Source of the DNA: Phyllobates terribilis
Lineage: Eukaryota
Direction of reading: 5' to 3'
Length of the DNA: 64,000 nucleotides
Assembly: GCF_046119375.1 (NCBI RefSeq)
Contig: NW_027362768.1
Location: 344,100,001-344,164,000, forward strand
Below, piece by piece: positions 62,234 through 64,000 of this stretch. The first letter of the stretch is position 1. Each line of letters opens with the position of its first letter. Position numbers and translations under genes: made by a program. A model generated the notes under the pieces. That model saw only the letters and a program-made list of their open reading frames with translations. It was not told the DNA's origin and made no database searches.

Positions 62234-63113
62234 TATATGTATTTTTTTTTTTCACTTATTCTGTTTTTTTTTCTTTTTCTGTGCAAAATGTATTTTATCG
62301 ATCATAGTAAAACTGGCTGATGATTAGAACTTATGTTCTCGGTGCCTAGAATACAAATAAATGTCCGTCCGACGCAATATACCATACCCAGTCATTGCTG
62401 CCACTGTCGTCATGTTTAACAACAAAGAGGAAAGAATTTAACATGGGGTCAGTGCAGTTGTATTGACTTTTGTGACAAGCTCTTATGGTGCCCAATAGCC
62501 AAAAATGCGCTCATTATTTTTCAAAATCCATGATTTTCTCTCACTTAATGCAACCTTAGGCAGCTGCCTACTCTGCCTACTCCTTTTCCCAGCCTGCTAG
62601 CAACAGAAACTCTGCCACTTTTATTAAAACTTTTAAAGGCTGCTGGCAATTGGGAAAAGAAATGAGGGGAAAAGACTCATGATGACCTTCTTCTGTCCAA
62701 AGGAAAATATTGAATTTAAACCCAATGAATTTCTCACCTTTACTATATGTGTATTGGAAAGTGACAGCCATCATGGCTCCTATAAATGCTACGACCCCGC
62801 TATCCCTGATTCCCAAACTCATATACATAGTGATTCTAGCAAAGGAAAGATGAACTTAGATCTGTGGTGATTTTACTTTTTTTATTTTTTGTCTTTGGTC
62901 TCTTTAGTTTTACTTGTTTCTTTAGCTCTATCTTGAATAGTTTTTTTTTAGCCCTTTGGTGATTTGTTTTTTATCTTTAGCCCCATTCTGATATTTTTTT
63001 CTCACCATATACTACTTTCTTTTTCTTTTACCCTATTTTTTTTTTTTTTACCCTATAGTGATTTTTTTTAAATCCTATCGTGACATTTTTTATTCCAGTC
63101 GGTGCCATCTTAC

Positions 63114-63404
63114 CTCAGATGGCAGAAGCGTAACGGGAACTCTTTCCTCCTCCAGCATGCGTTTAGATTCCTTCTCCCAGTGCAAATAATCGATGAGTGA
63201 TCTGTGGTCAAATTGCCCGGTCGGTGCTTTCTCGGTCTGGTCCCTTTGTATCATGCCCACTGGTACTTTCGGATCTGGTGCCAGTACCTCCATTTCGCTC
63301 TGGAGCTCCTTTAGTTCTTCTGGAGACAAATTGGCCAAAATCTCATCTTCATCAATATCTGCAAACAGTTCATCCAACTCGGAGTCTTGGCTGTGCTGAG
63401 ACAT
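63114..63404 (-). CDS. LMOD3: Leiomodin-3 first coding exon (291 nt; tropomyosin-binding helix and ABS1 region)
   Basis: [97 protein letters not shown], donor GAG|GTAAGA at 63113. Confidence 0.97.
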
Positions 63405-63510
63405 GGCTAATTTTTACGGTCCACACGGAGAGAGATCCAGGTGGTTATGGTGCAGCGTGTTGTGTTCTCCGAGAGGACGCCACCATGAGTGACTGAAGCG
63501 ACGGTCACTT

Positions 63511-63635
63511 CAGCTGAGGCCAGTGCTATATTAAGCCCTGGAAGACTTCCTAGAGAATTTATGTCCCTGCTGCCATGTTCTGTTTTCAGCAACTGGTGTC
63601 AGCTGTGCATACGCTTTGACATTTGAGTACAGCTG
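63511..63635 (-). promoter_or_regulatory. Candidate LMOD3 muscle promoter: AT-rich TATA/MEF2-like site and E-box cluster
   Basis: CTTAATATAG (minus strand) at 63526-63535, ~125 nt upstream of the ATG. E-boxes CAGCTG at 63511, 63600 and 63630, CAACTG at 63590, CATTTG at 63620. Confidence 0.5.
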
Positions 63636-64000
63636 GTTCTCCCCCTCGTCATTGTGTAATGTGTAGTGGTCATTTTCGAGAGGGTTCCAGGGATAGACCG
63701 GTTCATGGAGCTTTCGGCACGGTCACTGGAGTGTCACTACAAGTGAAGGGGCTTATGCAGGAGACGTATTAATGCCATGGACATAGATACAAGCAAAAAC
63801 ACAAGGATGCACATTCGCACATGCCCTTACCATCGCCAATCATTGGTTTACAGGTCAAACTCGTCCAATGGGTCTGTGAAAATAGTGGAGAGCACTAGGT
63901 AGCACTACGTGCGTCTTCCGTGAACCGTTCAGTTTTTGCTGTTTAATGGATAGGAGAAGCTTGGACAAACACTTGGCCAAACTATGGAAAAAAATCTGAT

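Overview
Vertebrate genomic DNA, almost certainly a frog (inferred from the repeat families and intron style; species not determinable). It carries the conserved synteny block UBA3 (-) / ARL6IP5 (+) / LMOD3 (-). I reconstructed all exons by hand from splice sites and reading frame. UBA3: coding exons 1-3 only (the rest lies left of the window). ARL6IP5: complete, 3 exons, 567 nt, 188 aa. LMOD3: complete, 3 coding exons, 1857 nt, 618 aa. Host coding sequence is about 4% of the window. Roughly 29 kb is tandem repeat: a 17.7-kb 27-bp satellite with nested higher-order structure, a 5.2-kb G-rich ~45-bp array, a 4.6-kb 86-bp satellite, and 17-, 59- and 90/93-bp minisatellites. There are three Tc1/mariner elements: a decayed Sleeping Beauty-like copy, a full-length DD35E (Traveler-type) copy with an uninterrupted 338-aa transposase ORF, and a DD34E copy with one frameshift. 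Also present: a 1.48-kb solo-LTR-like insertion with a perfect 5-bp TSD, several MITEs and a 159-N gap. Main leads: (1) the head-to-head UBA3/ARL6IP5 promoter interval shrinks to ~1 kb once the satellite and LTR are removed; (2) the intact-ORF DD35E transposon; (3) an intronic G-rich, AGCT-containing array oriented like a switch region; (4) an internally duplicated WH2-like motif in LMOD3. There is no CRISPR, rRNA or tRNA. Most long ORFs in the supplied track are repeat artefacts. All comparisons with human proteins or named transposons are from memory, not from a database search.
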